Origin: Candidatus Fervidifonticultor secundus | Lineage (GTDB): Bacteria; Sysuimicrobiota; Sysuimicrobiia; Sysuimicrobiales; Humicultoraceae | Length of the DNA stretch: 64,000 nucleotides | NCBI GenBank assembly: GCA_031459385.1 | Contig: JAVKIP010000005.1 | Location: forward strand, 103,216 to 167,215 | Reading direction: 5' to 3' | In this document: positions 9,133-20,115 of the stretch, piece by piece | Layout of the letters: the number at the start of each line of letters is the position of its first letter | Numbering within the stretch: the stretch's first letter is position 1 | The notes under the pieces: model-generated | Databases searched by the model: none | The model's input: only the letters and a program-made list of their open reading frames with translations | What the model was told of the DNA's origin: nothing | Position numbers and translations under genes: made by a program

Positions 9133-10548
9133 TCACAGCCGGACCTTCTCCTCCCAGAGCTGCTCCATCTGCTCGCCGAAGTAGTACCGGTCCACGTGAT
9201 CCTGCTTGATGCGCTTGAGCTCGCCTTTGGGGAACATCGACAGCAGCTTCCAGCCCATCGTCAGGGTGTCCTCGATGGACCGGTCGGTCTGGCCCTGGCC
9301 CAGGAACTCGCGCTCGAACACCTCAGCGAACTTCAGGTAGAGCCGGTCCCGATCGGTCAGCGCCTCCTCGCCGATGATGGCCACCAGGCGGCGGAGGTCC
9401 ACGCCGTTGGCGTACGACGCGAAGAGCTGGTCCTTGACGTTGGCATGGTCGGCGCGGGTCCGCCCGGGTCCGATGCCGTCGTTCATCAGGCGCGACAGGC
9501 TCGGCAGCGGGTTGATGGGCGGGTAGATCCCGTTGCGGTGCAACGCCCGGCTCAGCACGATCTGCCCCTCGGTGATGTAGCCGGTGAGGTCCGGGATCGG
9601 GTGGGTGATGTCGTCGTCGGGCATGGTGAGGATCGGCAGCTGGGTGATGGAGCCTTTGCGGCCGTGGATGCGGCCCGCCCGCTCGTAGATCGTGGCCAGG
9701 TCGGTGTACATGTAGCCGGGGTAGCCGCGCCGGCCCGGGATCTCCTCTCGGGCGGCCCCGATCTCCCGCAGGGCCTCGCAGTAGTTGGTCATGTCCGTCA
9801 GAATGACCAGCACCTGCATCTCCAGCTCGAACGCCAGGTACTCGGCCGTGGTCAGTGCCACGCGGGGGGTCATGAGCCGCTCGATGGCCGGGTCGTCAGC
9901 CAGATTGAGGAAGACGACGCTGCGGGCCAGGGCACCGGTCGACTCGAACTGCTCGATGAAGTACGCCGCCTCGCGTTGGGTAATGCCCATGGCGCCGAAG
10001 ACCACCGAGAACTCCTCGCCCTCGCCGCGCACCTTGGCCTGGCGGGCGATCTGGGCGGCCAGCTCGTTGTGGGGCAGGCCGGCACCCGAGAAGATCGGGA
10101 GCTTCTGGCCGCGCACCAGCGTGTTCAGGCCGTCGATGGCCGAGATGCCGGACTGGATGAACTCCTGGGGCCGCTGCCGCGCCACGGGGTTGATGGGCGC
10201 GCCCACCACCGGCAGGCGCTTCTCGGGGATGATGGGCGGCAGCCCGTCGATGGGATCGCCCAGGCCGTTGAACCGGCGGCCGATCATCTCCCGCGAGACG
10301 CCGATCCGCGCCACGTCCTCGCGCAGGCTCACCGACGTGTTGGCCAGGTCCAGTCCCGCCGTCTCCTCGAAGACCTGGATGACCGCCACCTTCTCCGAGG
10401 CCTCGATCACCTGCCCGCCCCGGGTGCTGCCGTCGGGCAGGTGGATGTTGACGATGGCGCCGTAGGGCAGGTCCGCTGCCCCTTCCACGAACAGCAGCGG
10501 GCCCGAGATGTACGAGATGGACTGGTACTGCTTGGTCGCCAGCTCCAT
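9133..10548 (-). CDS. ntpB: V/A-type ATP synthase subunit B
   Basis: [32 protein letters not shown] at 10548. Confidence 0.97.
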   Translation of the reverse strand: MELATKQYQSISYISGPLLFVEGAADLPYGAIVNIHLPDGSTRGGQVIEASEKVAVIQVFEETAGLDLANTSVSLREDVARIGVSREMIGRRFNGLGDPIDGLPPIIPEKRLPVVGAPINPVARQRPQEFIQSGISAIDGLNTLVRGQKLPIFSGAGLPHNELAAQIARQAKVRGEGEEFSVVFGAMGITQREAAYFIEQFESTGALARSVVFLNLADDPAIERLMTPRVALTTAEYLAFELEMQVLVILTDMTNYCEALREIGAAREEIPGRRGYPGYMYTDLATIYERAGRIHGRKGSITQLPILTMPDDDITHPIPDLTGYITEGQIVLSRALHRNGIYPPINPLPSLSRLMNDGIGPGRTRADHANVKDQLFASYANGVDLRRLVAIIGEEALTDRDRLYLKFAEVFEREFLGQGQTDRSIEDTLTMGWKLLSMFPKGELKRIKQDHVDRYYFGEQMEQLWEEKVRL

Positions 10549-10553
10549 GCCCC

Positions 10554-12311
10554 CTACCCTCCCGCTGCGGCCTTGGCCCCGAACGCCTCCGGGAGCCGCT
10601 CGAACCAGGTCGTGATGTACGCGCCGAACTGGTCGTTGGGCACTTCCTTCATGCGGGCGATCTCCTCGATCTGCTTCAGGTTCAGGATCTCGTCCATGAG
10701 CACGCCCCGCCGCAGCGCCGCGCTGGCCTCGTCGTAGAACGCGATGATGGCCTTGAGCATCCCGTAGGCCTTCTCCATGGAGCAGTAGGCGTCCACCTCC
10801 GAGAACGACGACTGCTGCAGGAAGTCCTCGCGCAGCATCTTGCCGGCCTCGATCACCAGGCGCTGGTCGTCCTGCAGGGCGTCGGGCCCCACCAGCTGCA
10901 CGATCTCCTGCAGCTCGGCCTCGCGCTGCAGCAGGGCCGAAGCGCGGTCGCGCAGGGCCTCGAACCCCTCGGGCATGTGCTCCTTGTACCACTCCCGGAA
11001 CAGCGGCGTGTACAGGCTGTAGGAGCGCAGCCAGTGGATGGCCGGGAAGTGGCGGCGGTGGGCCAGGCTGGCGTCCAGCGACCAGAACGTGCCGACGATG
11101 CGCAACGTGGCCTGCGTGACCGGCTCGGAGAGGTCCCCGCCCGGCGGCGAGACCGCGCCCACGACGGTCACCGAGCCGTTGCGCTCCGGCCGTCCCAGGC
11201 AGACGGCGCGGCCGGCCCGCTCGTAGAACGCTGCCAGGCGGCTGGACAGGTACGGTGGGTACCCCTCCTCCGCCGGCATCTCCTCCAGCCGGGACGAGAT
11301 CTCGCGCATCGCCTCGGCCCACCGGCTGGTGGAGTCGGCCATCAGCGCCACTTTGTAGCCCTGGTCGCGCCAGTACTCGGCCATGGTGATGCCGGTGTAG
11401 ACCGACGCCTCCCGGGCCGCCACCGGCATGTTCGACGTGTTGGCGATGATGATCGTGCGCTCCATGAGCGGGCGGCCGCTGCGCGGGTCCTCCAGCTCCG
11501 GGAACTCGTCGAGCACGTGGGTCATCTCGTTGCCGCGCTCGCCGCACCCCACGTAGATGATGACGTCGGCGTTGGACCACTTGGCCAGCGTCTGCTGCAT
11601 GACGGTCTTGCCCGAGCCGAAGGGGCCGGGAATGGCTGCCGCGCCGCCCATCGCCACCGGGAAGAGGACGTCGATGATGCGCTGGCCGGAGATGAACGGC
11701 TCCCGCGGGTCCAGCTTGCGCGCCACGGGCCGGGGGACGCGCACGGGCCAGCGGTGCGCCAGCCGGAGCTCCGTACCGTCGTCCAGGCGGCCGATCACCT
11801 CGTCCACGGTGAACTCGCCCGAGCGCAGGTCCGCCAGCGTCCCGCCCCGCACCCCCGGCGGCACCAGGATCCGATGCTGGAACCCGAACTCCTGCACCCA
11901 GCCCAGGACGTCGCCGGGGGCGAGCGCCTGGCCGGGCTGCGCCGTGGCGGTGAACGCCCATTTTTTCGTGCGGTCGAGGGCCTCGGTCATCGCGCCGCGT
12001 GCGATGAAATCGCCCTTCTGGCGCCGCACGCTCTCCAGCGGCCGCTGGATGCCGTCGAAGATCGACGTGAGCAGTCCGGGCCCCAGCTCCAGCGACAGCG
12101 GCGAGCCGGTGGTGACCAGCGGCTCGCCGACCTGCAGCCCCGAGGTATCCTCGTAGACCTGGATGAAGGCGGTGGCCCCGTCCAGGCGGATGATCTCACC
12201 CAGCAGGCCCTCGCGTCCCACGCGGACCAGATCGTACATCCGCGCCCCGGGGATTCCCCGGGCGATGACCGCCGGTCCGGCGATCTTGATGATCTCGCCC
12301 TGCGTCGCCAT
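10554..12311 (-). CDS. ntpA: V/A-type ATP synthase subunit A
   Basis: P-loop [25 protein letters not shown]. Confidence 0.98.
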   Translation of the reverse strand: MATQGEIIKIAGPAVIARGIPGARMYDLVRVGREGLLGEIIRLDGATAFIQVYEDTSGLQVGEPLVTTGSPLSLELGPGLLTSIFDGIQRPLESVRRQKGDFIARGAMTEALDRTKKWAFTATAQPGQALAPGDVLGWVQEFGFQHRILVPPGVRGGTLADLRSGEFTVDEVIGRLDDGTELRLAHRWPVRVPRPVARKLDPREPFISGQRIIDVLFPVAMGGAAAIPGPFGSGKTVMQQTLAKWSNADVIIYVGCGERGNEMTHVLDEFPELEDPRSGRPLMERTIIIANTSNMPVAAREASVYTGITMAEYWRDQGYKVALMADSTSRWAEAMREISSRLEEMPAEEGYPPYLSSRLAAFYERAGRAVCLGRPERNGSVTVVGAVSPPGGDLSEPVTQATLRIVGTFWSLDASLAHRRHFPAIHWLRSYSLYTPLFREWYKEHMPEGFEALRDRASALLQREAELQEIVQLVGPDALQDDQRLVIEAGKMLREDFLQQSSFSEVDAYCSMEKAYGMLKAIIAFYDEASAALRRGVLMDEILNLKQIEEIARMKEVPNDQFGAYITTWFERLPEAFGAKAAAGG

Positions 12312-12322
12312 CGCCCTGCCTC

Positions 12323-12640
12323 CTACCGCAGCTTCACGTAGAACCCGATGTGCTCCTTGACCAGCCGCGCCACGTACTGCTCGGCGCTCTCGACTTCGGC
12401 CTCCGGCGCCGGGAACGGCACGATGATCGGCAGATCCCGGCCGCGCAGCAGCCGGGCCCGCTCATCGGCGGTGCCCTGGAGCAGCGCCTCGTTGATGGCC
12501 ACCAGACCGTAGTCCAGGGCCACGAACTGCCGCAGGTGCTCCAGGGCCTCCTGCGGCGTGGCCGCCTCGTGCACCTCCACGCCGGCCAGCCGGAAACCCG
12601 TGGCCGTCTCGGGGTCGGTGATGACGCCGAACCTATACAA
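12323..12640 (-). CDS. ntpF: V/A-type ATP synthase subunit F
   Basis: [19 protein letters not shown] start overlapping the subunit C stop. Confidence 0.92.
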   Translation of the reverse strand: MYRFGVITDPETATGFRLAGVEVHEAATPQEALEHLRQFVALDYGLVAINEALLQGTADERARLLRGRDLPIIVPFPAPEAEVESAEQYVARLVKEHIGFYVKLR

Positions 12641-13664
12641 GGAGCATCTCCCGGCGCACCTGCTCCTTCGGCAGGCCGAAGACCTTGCCCCGCGCAATCA
12701 GCCGCAGGTTCGCCACCTCCGCGGTCTTCATGGCCAGGAAGCCCACGACGATGTCGATACCCAGCGGGTCGCCTAGGTAGTAACGCACCAGCGTCCTGGC
12801 CACATGATAGTCCAGCTCCCGCTCGAACGCCACGAGATCGCGGGGCAGCTCCTTCACCGGGAAGCCGTGCACCCGCAGCCGCTCCCAGGCCGCAGCCTGC
12901 GTCTGGCTGCTCGACAGCCCCAGGAACAGCTTGTCGGTGACGATGGCACCGCCGGGGATGTAGAACTGCAGCCGCCGGGCCTCGGGCAGCGGTCCGGCCA
13001 GGGCCAGCTTGAGCGCCGTCTTGACGTCGGCGGCATCGATCTCGGCCCGGAAGACCTCGCGCAGCACCTCGGCGTCGTGCCCCCGTCTGGCCGCGCGCGC
13101 CAGGCCCCAGTCCGCGTAGGCACGCTCCAGCCGCAGCTCCAGCGCCATCAGGTCCTGGTCCTGCGCGTACGCCGCGACCCCTTCGGCCAGTGGGCCCGCC
13201 AGCGGGTGGTTGACGGCCTCCAGCGTGCCGGCCAGCGCCGCCATGTCGGGGTAGCCCGCCATCTCCTTCAGGAGCGTCTCGCTGAGGTTGCCGGCCGGCA
13301 CCAGCGCCGCGACGATCTCATCTGCGGGGCGGCCGGCGTGCTTCCCGCGGACGATGGCCCGCAGGTTCTGCAGGTCCCAGCGCAGCAGCAGCGTCTCCAG
13401 CAGCGTGCGCGCCTGGCCGTCGGCGAAGCTCAGGATCGCCCGCGTCGTGCGCTGCAGGTTGTGGGCCAGCGCCTCGTCGACGGCCCGCACGCCCTGGGTG
13501 CGGACCAGCGCCTCCTGCAGATCCTCGCCGTAAGGCGTGGTCGCCAGCGCCTGGAGGAACGCGTCGAAGGTCGCGGCCCCCAGCAGCTCCTCCAGGCGTC
13601 CGGCCGACAACAGCCGGCTGCGCATGGCTCGCACCCGCGCGTTGATGTAGGGGAAGTCCGGCAT
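12633..13664 (-). CDS. ntpC: V/A-type ATP synthase subunit C (d)
   Basis: YINARVRAMRSRLL, DLQNLRAIVRGK, EVANLRLIARG. Confidence 0.93.
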   Translation of the reverse strand: MPDFPYINARVRAMRSRLLSAGRLEELLGAATFDAFLQALATTPYGEDLQEALVRTQGVRAVDEALAHNLQRTTRAILSFADGQARTLLETLLLRWDLQNLRAIVRGKHAGRPADEIVAALVPAGNLSETLLKEMAGYPDMAALAGTLEAVNHPLAGPLAEGVAAYAQDQDLMALELRLERAYADWGLARAARRGHDAEVLREVFRAEIDAADVKTALKLALAGPLPEARRLQFYIPGGAIVTDKLFLGLSSSQTQAAAWERLRVHGFPVKELPRDLVAFERELDYHVARTLVRYYLGDPLGIDIVVGFLAMKTAEVANLRLIARGKVFGLPKEQVRREMLLV

Positions 13665-13676
13665 GCGCGCGGGCGC

Positions 13677-14255
13677 CTACTCCCAGAGCAGGCGTGCGAT
13701 CTCGCCGGCGAGCATCGGGCGCGCGCGCTCCAGCCGCGACGCCAGGGTATTGGTGACGACGAACCGGCCGTCGGCCGAGGCGACCCGCGCGCCGCCCCGC
13801 ACCGCCGGGTCGGTCGTGACCCGCACCTGCCAGCCGTGCCGGCGCACCACGGCCTGCGCCACCGGTGCATCCGCGGGGTGGACGGTGATCACCGCCGCGC
13901 TCCCCAGGCTGGCCACGGCTTCCTCGATGAACGTCTGCAGGGCCGCCGGGTAGGCCTGGGCATCCTGGCCCAGCCGCGCCAGTTCGGCCTCGGCCTCGGC
14001 GAAGACCTTCCCGATCTCCTCCTCTTTGGCCCGGAGCACCAGCGACGTGGCGCGCAGCTGCGCGGTGCTCTGCGCCTTGGTCATGGCCGCCCGGTACTCG
14101 GCCTCCAGCCGCTCGCGGTGGCGAGCCACCAGCTCAGCGGCCTGCTGCCGCGCCGCAGCCACGATGGCCTCGGCCTGGGTGCGGGCCTCGGCGAGAATCT
14201 GCTCGCGCTCTGCCTGGGCCTCCCGCTCGAGGAGGGCGATCAGCTCTGACGCCAT
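13677..14255 (-). CDS. ntpE: V/A-type ATP synthase subunit E
   Basis: Coiled-coil N-terminus, C-terminal GG..V...DG..V.NTL.SRL; position in operon. Confidence 0.9.
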   Translation of the reverse strand: MASELIALLEREAQAEREQILAEARTQAEAIVAAARQQAAELVARHRERLEAEYRAAMTKAQSTAQLRATSLVLRAKEEEIGKVFAEAEAELARLGQDAQAYPAALQTFIEEAVASLGSAAVITVHPADAPVAQAVVRRHGWQVRVTTDPAVRGGARVASADGRFVVTNTLASRLERARPMLAGEIARLLWE

Positions 14256-14270
14256 GACGCCGCCCGGGGG

Positions 14271-14591
14271 CTAGAGCCGGCCGACGATGAAGAAGGCCAC
14301 GAGGAAGCCGAAGATGATGAGCGTCTCGGGCAGGACCAGGAAGATCAGCATCTGGCCGCCGATCTCGGGCCGCTCGGCCATGGCGCCCGCCGCCGCTGAG
14401 CCGATGCGCGACTGCGCCCACGCGGTGCCGATGGCGCCGCCGAAGACCGCCAGGGCGGCGGCCAGGGCCATCAGCCCGTGCGCCATGGTGATCTGGCGCG
14501 CGCCCTCGGCCGGGGTCTCGGCCGCCAGGGCAGGGCTCGCGACCGTCAGCGCCACCAGGGTGAGCATCAGCGCAAGCAGGACCGTCTTCAA
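14271..14591 (-). CDS. ntpK: V/A-type ATP synthase proteolipid subunit K/c with N-terminal signal-like helix
   Basis: AQSRIG..AMAERPE..LPETL carboxylate motif; TTG start after GGAGGTGA. Confidence 0.94.
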   Translation of the reverse strand: MKTVLLALMLTLVALTVASPALAAETPAEGARQITMAHGLMALAAALAVFGGAIGTAWAQSRIGSAAAGAMAERPEIGGQMLIFLVLPETLIIFGFLVAFFIVGRL

Positions 14592-14592
14592 G

Positions 14593-16563
14593 CTAGTCAC
14601 CTCCTGTTTTCTGGAGCGGCTGGTACGACGTGCCGGTCTCATCGTGGTACTTGACCTTGGTGAGGAACTCGACCCAGTTGAGACGGGCGGGCTGGATGAT
14701 GTGGCCGGCGATCGTGAAGAGGAAGAAGATCATCTGGAACGCGATGCCGGCCAGCACGCCGATCCACACCGGCCCCAGCTGGCCGCCCAGCTCATTGGCG
14801 ACGTTGGCCAGCACGGCCGCGGCCAGCCCCACGCCGAACAACCGGGCGTAGGACAGCACGTTGCCCATGCCCGAGATCGCCTCGAGCAGCCACATCAGGG
14901 CGAACCGGCTCACCACGACGCCGAGGGCGACGAACACCACGAAGGCCCCCAACAGCAGCATCCCGGGCCGCTGCACCGCCGCCGGCAACTGCCCGCCCAT
15001 GGCGCCCAGCACCGCCACGAGCCCGAGCACGCCGGTCAACATCGCCAGCGACTCGAGCACGCCGAAGGTGTGCCGGTGCCGCAGCGCCACGACCAGGTGC
15101 AGCACGTAGCCCAGCACGATCTGCACCAGCCCCAACGCCACGGTGAACTTGAAGAACGCAATGGTCAACTCGACGCGGTTGAAGAGCGGATGGAGCCCGA
15201 AGTAGTGCTCGAGCAGGTTCCCGAACACCTCGAGGTACAGCACGCCGAAGATCATCGCCCAGGCGGCCAGGATGCGGATGATCCACGACGCGTCGGCCAG
15301 GGCCGCGGGCCCCAGCTTCATGCCCAGCTGCACCGGGCCGACCCCCACCTCCCACGTCTCGCCGCGCCGGGCCTTGGCGCGCAGCCACCAGCCGAACGCG
15401 AAGAGCAAGGCGCCGTAGGCTACGTCGCCGATGACGATGCCGACGAACAGGGGGAAGAAGACCGCCAGGAAGATCGTGGGATCCAGGCTGCCGTAGCGCG
15501 GCGGCTTGAACAGGGCCAGCATGCGCTGGAACGGCCGGATCGGCGCGGGATTGTCCAGCAGCACGGGCACGTGCGCCGCCTCGTGGGGGTCGGCCGGCGC
15601 GTCGTAGACGACCACGTCGTGGGCAAAGCGCCTGCGCAGCACGCCGCGCACCTCGGCGACGCGCGGTGCCGGCACCCAGCCGTGGAGGATGAAGGTGTAG
15701 CGCGACTGGGCCAGCTGCGGCAGCGCGCGCAGCTGTGCCAGGCGGTCGGCCACCTCGGCGCGGATCGCCGCCACCTGCGGCCGGTACCGCCGGGCCACCT
15801 CCTCCAGCTGGCGGCCGATCGCCTCCAGCTCGGCCGGCAGCTCGGCCCGACGGCGCTCCATGAGCCGCACCGCCTCCAGCGGCGGGTACGACGCGTAGCG
15901 CGCCGGCAGCCGCAGTTCGGAGATGCCGGCCTGGGTGAGGAAGCCCCGGACGGCCTCGGCATCGCGGTGCAGGTAGGCCACCACCACGCCGATCTTGCCT
16001 TCCTCGATGATCCGGCTGACGACCTCGACGCGCCCGCCCGTGAGCGCCGTGAGCTGGTGGCGCAGCGCCTGGACCACGGCCAGGTCTTTGCCGCGCATGA
16101 TGAAGCCCACGGACTCGAAGTTCCGGCTGCCCTGGAGCGCGCCCAGCAGGGGGGAGAGGACGCGCACCGCGCCCTCGTAGGTCCGGATGAGCTCCAGCTC
16201 CTCCTGGGCGTCCAGCCGGCGGCGCACCAGCGCCTGCACGTCGGCCTCGATGGCGGCCACCGCGGCGTCCAGAGCGGCCTCGTTGGCCCCAGCGATCGCC
16301 GCGGCGTCGGCCGCCGGTCCGCCGCCCGCCAGGGGTCCGCCGGCCGGCAGCAGCTTCAGCAGCCCGTCGGCCCGCATCAGCAGCCGCTCGAGGACCTGCT
16401 GCCGGGCGGCCGTGGCGTCGTCCACCTCCACCGCGCCCGCCGGGGCTTCCTCGGCCTCGATGCGGTCGACGTGCACGACGCCCAGGCGCTGCACCTCGTC
16501 CAGCACCGAGCCCAGCAGCCGCTTGGGCCCGAACACCAGTACCCGGTGCATCTCGACGATCAC
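14593..16563 (-). CDS. ntpI: V/A-type ATP synthase subunit I (a)
   Basis: VPVLLDNP, DPT..FFPLF.G..GDV.YG, SYARL, RLNWVEF. Confidence 0.96.
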   Translation of the reverse strand: MIVEMHRVLVFGPKRLLGSVLDEVQRLGVVHVDRIEAEEAPAGAVEVDDATAARQQVLERLLMRADGLLKLLPAGGPLAGGGPAADAAAIAGANEAALDAAVAAIEADVQALVRRRLDAQEELELIRTYEGAVRVLSPLLGALQGSRNFESVGFIMRGKDLAVVQALRHQLTALTGGRVEVVSRIIEEGKIGVVVAYLHRDAEAVRGFLTQAGISELRLPARYASYPPLEAVRLMERRRAELPAELEAIGRQLEEVARRYRPQVAAIRAEVADRLAQLRALPQLAQSRYTFILHGWVPAPRVAEVRGVLRRRFAHDVVVYDAPADPHEAAHVPVLLDNPAPIRPFQRMLALFKPPRYGSLDPTIFLAVFFPLFVGIVIGDVAYGALLFAFGWWLRAKARRGETWEVGVGPVQLGMKLGPAALADASWIIRILAAWAMIFGVLYLEVFGNLLEHYFGLHPLFNRVELTIAFFKFTVALGLVQIVLGYVLHLVVALRHRHTFGVLESLAMLTGVLGLVAVLGAMGGQLPAAVQRPGMLLLGAFVVFVALGVVVSRFALMWLLEAISGMGNVLSYARLFGVGLAAAVLANVANELGGQLGPVWIGVLAGIAFQMIFFLFTIAGHIIQPARLNWVEFLTKVKYHDETGTSYQPLQKTGGD

Positions 16564-16922
16564 GCGGGCCTCCCGCGCACCACGCGATCCACCACCAGCC
16601 GGACAGCGCGTGCGCGGTGCGCGGCCGCCTGGCGCCGCAGCGCCTCCACCTCCTGCTGCGCCCGCGCGTGGTACTGCGCCTGGATCTGCGCCGTCTCGGC
16701 CGCGAGCCGCTCCTCGTGCTGGCGCGACAGCGCCGCCGCTTCCTCCCGCGCCTGCTGGAGGATCTGCTCGGCCTCGGCACGCGCGCGGGCCAGCAGCGCG
16801 GCGGCCTCCTGCCGCGCCGCGGACACCGTGACCTCGAGTTCCTTTTCCTTGAGAGCGATCAGCTGAAGGAGATTCTCGTCTTTGCGGTCGTCGTGCCCAT
16901 GACCAGCCTTCTGCGCGCTCAT
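16560..16922 (-). CDS. V/A-type ATP synthase subunit G/H (peripheral stalk)
   Basis: Ala/Glu/Arg-rich coiled coil as first gene of the operon. Confidence 0.82.
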   Translation of the reverse strand: MSAQKAGHGHDDRKDENLLQLIALKEKELEVTVSAARQEAAALLARARAEAEQILQQAREEAAALSRQHEERLAAETAQIQAQYHARAQQEVEALRRQAAAHRARAVRLVVDRVVRGRPA

Positions 16923-16949
16923 TCGGCCTGCCCCTTGGGAACCCGTCGC

Positions 16950-16981
16950 AAGAAACCCCCAGGTCGCCTCACCCTGGGGGC
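16950..16981 (-). terminator. Terminator-like hairpin in the V-ATPase leader
   Basis: GCCCCCAGG-GTGAGGCGA-CCTGGGGGT followed by TTCTT on the minus strand. Confidence 0.5.
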
Positions 16982-16996
16982 ACACACACCGCCCGC

Positions 16997-17025
16997 AGGA
17001 TAGCAAACGCCCCGGGGGGCGTCAA
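16997..17025 (-). promoter_or_regulatory. Sigma70-type promoter of the V-ATPase operon
   Basis: TTGACG-17 bp-TATCCT with TG at the extended -10 position. Confidence 0.7.
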
Positions 17026-17106
17026 GCCGCGACAGATGCGGGCGGACGCGCACTGCGTGCTGCCGTCCGCGCATCCGCGCGTCCGCGGCGCCGCCGCGGT
17101 CGACCG

Positions 17107-18549
17107 TTAGAACCGGGCCAGGAGCCCCGCCGTCCGCACCAGCTCGATGAAGGGCTGGGGGAAGACGCCCACGAGCAGCGTGCCCACGGCCGCCACGCCC
17201 AGCGCCAGCCGCAGCGGCGCGGGCTCCCCCAGCGCCGTCGGCGACGTCGGCGGCAGCAGGTACATGACGCGGATGACGTTCACGTAGTAGTAGAGGGCGA
17301 TCACGCTGTTCACCACGCCCACCGCCGCCAGCCACAGCAGCCCGTTGTTGATGGCGGCGCCGAACAGGTAGAACTTGCCGAGGAAACCCGCCGTGGGCGG
17401 AATGCCCGTTAGCGACAGCATGAACAGCGCCATGAGGGCCGCCAGGCCTGGGGCGCGCTGGGCCAGGCCCGCGTAGTCGGGGATCGCGTCGGAGCCCAGC
17501 CGCTGCCCCACGACGATGGCCACGAAGAACGCGCCCAGGTTGGTGAAGGTGTAGGCCAGCACGTACAGCAGCAGGCCCGGGGTCCCGAAGTCGCCCTGGT
17601 AGGCCGCCACGCCGATGAGCAGGAAGCCGGCGTGGGAGATGCTGGAATAGGCCAGCATGCGCTTGATGTTCCGCTGGGGCAGCGCCAGCAGGTTCCCCAG
17701 GGTCATGCTCAGCGCCGACAGTCCGGCGATCAACGTGATCCAGTCCACGGAGGTGGGCGCCAGGGCCACCACCAGCAGGCGCACCAGCGCTGCGAAGCCG
17801 GCGGCCTTGGACGCCACCGAGAGGTAGGCGGCGATCGGCGTCGGCGCGCCCTCGTAGACGTCGGGCGTCCACTGGTGGAACGGCACCATAGAGATCTTGA
17901 ACCCAAACCCTGCCAGCGACAGCACCAGCGCCACCACCACGGCCGGCTGCGGCGCGGCCCGGAGCTTGGTGGCGATGGCGTACAGGTTGGTCTCACCGGT
18001 CAGACCGTAGAGCACCGAGAAGCCGTACAGCATCACCGCCGAGGCGCCGGCACCGAACAGGAAGTACTTGATGCCCGCCTCGGTACTGCGCGCGTCGGCC
18101 TTCAAGTAGCCCGCCAGCACGTAGGACGTCAGGCTCACGAACTCGATGGCCAGGGCCAGGAGGATCAGATCAGCGCTGCCGGCCATGAGCACGAGGCCCA
18201 GGGCCGTGAAGACCAGCAGCGCGTACAGCTCGCCCTCGTGGGCGGTCTGGCCCCTGAAGTAGTCCATGGCCGACAGCGTCACGAGCACAGTGGACCCCAC
18301 GACCACCAGTTTGAAGAAGGTCGCGAAGCCGTCCACCGCGTAGGTGTTGAAGAAGACGGTGCGGACCGGCTCCCCCAGCATGCTCACGATGGGCCCGAGC
18401 CCCAGCACGAGGCCCACCACCGCCGCCCAGCCCACCACCGTCTTGCGGCCCGCGGGCAGCGCCAGGTCCAGCACCAGCAGGACCAGCCCGAGGGCCGTCA
18501 GCCAGTACTCGGGGCGCAGCGCCCAGAGCTCTTCCCGCGGAAAGGGCAT
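17107..18549 (-). CDS. nuoN: NADH-quinone oxidoreductase subunit N
   Basis: EAGIKYFL, FKISMVPFHQWTPDVYEGAP, KRMLAYSSISH. Confidence 0.96.
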   Translation of the reverse strand: MPFPREELWALRPEYWLTALGLVLLVLDLALPAGRKTVVGWAAVVGLVLGLGPIVSMLGEPVRTVFFNTYAVDGFATFFKLVVVGSTVLVTLSAMDYFRGQTAHEGELYALLVFTALGLVLMAGSADLILLALAIEFVSLTSYVLAGYLKADARSTEAGIKYFLFGAGASAVMLYGFSVLYGLTGETNLYAIATKLRAAPQPAVVVALVLSLAGFGFKISMVPFHQWTPDVYEGAPTPIAAYLSVASKAAGFAALVRLLVVALAPTSVDWITLIAGLSALSMTLGNLLALPQRNIKRMLAYSSISHAGFLLIGVAAYQGDFGTPGLLLYVLAYTFTNLGAFFVAIVVGQRLGSDAIPDYAGLAQRAPGLAALMALFMLSLTGIPPTAGFLGKFYLFGAAINNGLLWLAAVGVVNSVIALYYYVNVIRVMYLLPPTSPTALGEPAPLRLALGVAAVGTLLVGVFPQPFIELVRTAGLLARF

Positions 18550-18561
18550 GGCGGCCGCCCT

Positions 18562-20067
18562 CTAGCGCAGCGCGGTGACCAGAACGGTCATGGCGCCGTT
18601 GATCACGTCCAGCAGCGGGCGGGGGTAGACGCCGAAGACCAGCATCAGCGCCGCCAGCGGCACCAGCGCCATCGCCTCGCGCCGGTCGAGGTCGGCCAAC
18701 ATGGCCCACTTCGGGTTCAGCGGGCCGAGGAAGATGCGCTGGATCGTCCAGAGGAACATGGCGGCCGAGAAGATCACGCCGGTCACGGCGATGACGGTCA
18801 GCTCCGGGAAGATGCCGAAGGCGCCCACGAAGATGAGGAACTCGGCGACGAAGCCCATGAGCCCCGGCAGGCCCAGCGACGCCAGCATGGCCATGGTGGT
18901 GATCCCGGTGTACACCGGCAGCACCGCACCCAGGCCGCCGAAGTCGTCCACCCCGCGGGTGTGCGTCCGGTAGTCGTAGATCACGCCCACGATGAGGAAC
19001 AGCGCGCCAGTGATGATGCCGTGAGCGATCATCTCGAAGACCGCACCGTTGAGGGCCATGGTGGCAGCGGCCGCCTTCTCCGGCATCCCCACGGCCGCGG
19101 CGGCCGCGGCCGTGCCCAGCATGACGTAGCCCATGTGGTTGACGCTGGAGTAGGCCACGAGCTTCTTCAGGTCGGGCTGCGCCATGGCCACCAGGGCGCC
19201 GTAGACGATGCCCACCAGGGCCAGCACCGCCACCACCGGCGCGTAGGCTTTGAACGCCTCGGGCAGCATGGGCAGGCTGACGCGCACGAAGCCGTAAGTG
19301 CCCATCTTCAGCAGGATGCCCGCCAGGATCACACTGCCCGCCGTGGGGGCCTCGACGTGCGCGTCGGGCAGCCACGTGTGGAACGGCCACATGGGCACCT
19401 TGATGGCGAACGAGAGGAAGAAGCCCCAGAACGCCAGGGCCGCCAGCAGCGGCGCCCTGGCCAGCGGCTGCTGCTTGATGAGGTCGAGGATGCTGAATGT
19501 GCGCGGGTCGCTGTTGAAATAGAGCAGCAGGATCGCCAGCAGCATGGCCAGCGAGCCCACCAGCGTATAGAGGAAGAACTTGATGGCGGCGTACTCACGC
19601 CGCGGCCCACCCCAGATGCCGATGAGGAAGTACATGGGCACCAGGGTGATCTCCCAGAAGACATAGAAGAGGAAGAAGTCCAGGGCCACGAAGACGCCGT
19701 TCATGCCCGTCTCGAGCAGCAGGAACAGGAACAGGTATTCCTTCACCCGGTGGTCAACGCGCCACGAGTAGACGACGGAGAGCGCCGTCAGCAGCGTCGT
19801 GAGGATCAGCAGCGGCAGGCTCAGGCCGTCGATGCCCAGATGGTAGTTGATCCCCGCCGCGGGGATCCACGGCACCAGCGTCTCCAGCTGCATGCCCGGC
19901 CGGCCTACCTCGAAGGGGACCAGCACGTATACCGAGACCAGGAACGTGGCCAGCGAGGCGACCAGCGCCACCCAGCGCATCGACTCCTCGCCGCCCTTGG
20001 GGATGAGCAGCACGATCGCCCCCCCGACCAGCGGGAGGAAGACCGTGGTCGTCAGCAGCCAGTCCAT
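18562..20067 (-). CDS. nuoM: NADH-quinone oxidoreductase subunit M
   Basis: FYVFWE, KVPMWPFHTWLPDAHVEAP, LKMGTYG. Confidence 0.96.
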   Translation of the reverse strand: MDWLLTTTVFLPLVGGAIVLLIPKGGEESMRWVALVASLATFLVSVYVLVPFEVGRPGMQLETLVPWIPAAGINYHLGIDGLSLPLLILTTLLTALSVVYSWRVDHRVKEYLFLFLLLETGMNGVFVALDFFLFYVFWEITLVPMYFLIGIWGGPRREYAAIKFFLYTLVGSLAMLLAILLLYFNSDPRTFSILDLIKQQPLARAPLLAALAFWGFFLSFAIKVPMWPFHTWLPDAHVEAPTAGSVILAGILLKMGTYGFVRVSLPMLPEAFKAYAPVVAVLALVGIVYGALVAMAQPDLKKLVAYSSVNHMGYVMLGTAAAAAAVGMPEKAAAATMALNGAVFEMIAHGIITGALFLIVGVIYDYRTHTRGVDDFGGLGAVLPVYTGITTMAMLASLGLPGLMGFVAEFLIFVGAFGIFPELTVIAVTGVIFSAAMFLWTIQRIFLGPLNPKWAMLADLDRREAMALVPLAALMLVFGVYPRPLLDVINGAMTVLVTALR

Positions 20068-20115
20068 CCCGATGCGTTCCTCCTCGTTCCTCCTCTGTGG
20101 CGTCCCGCGCGCCCC

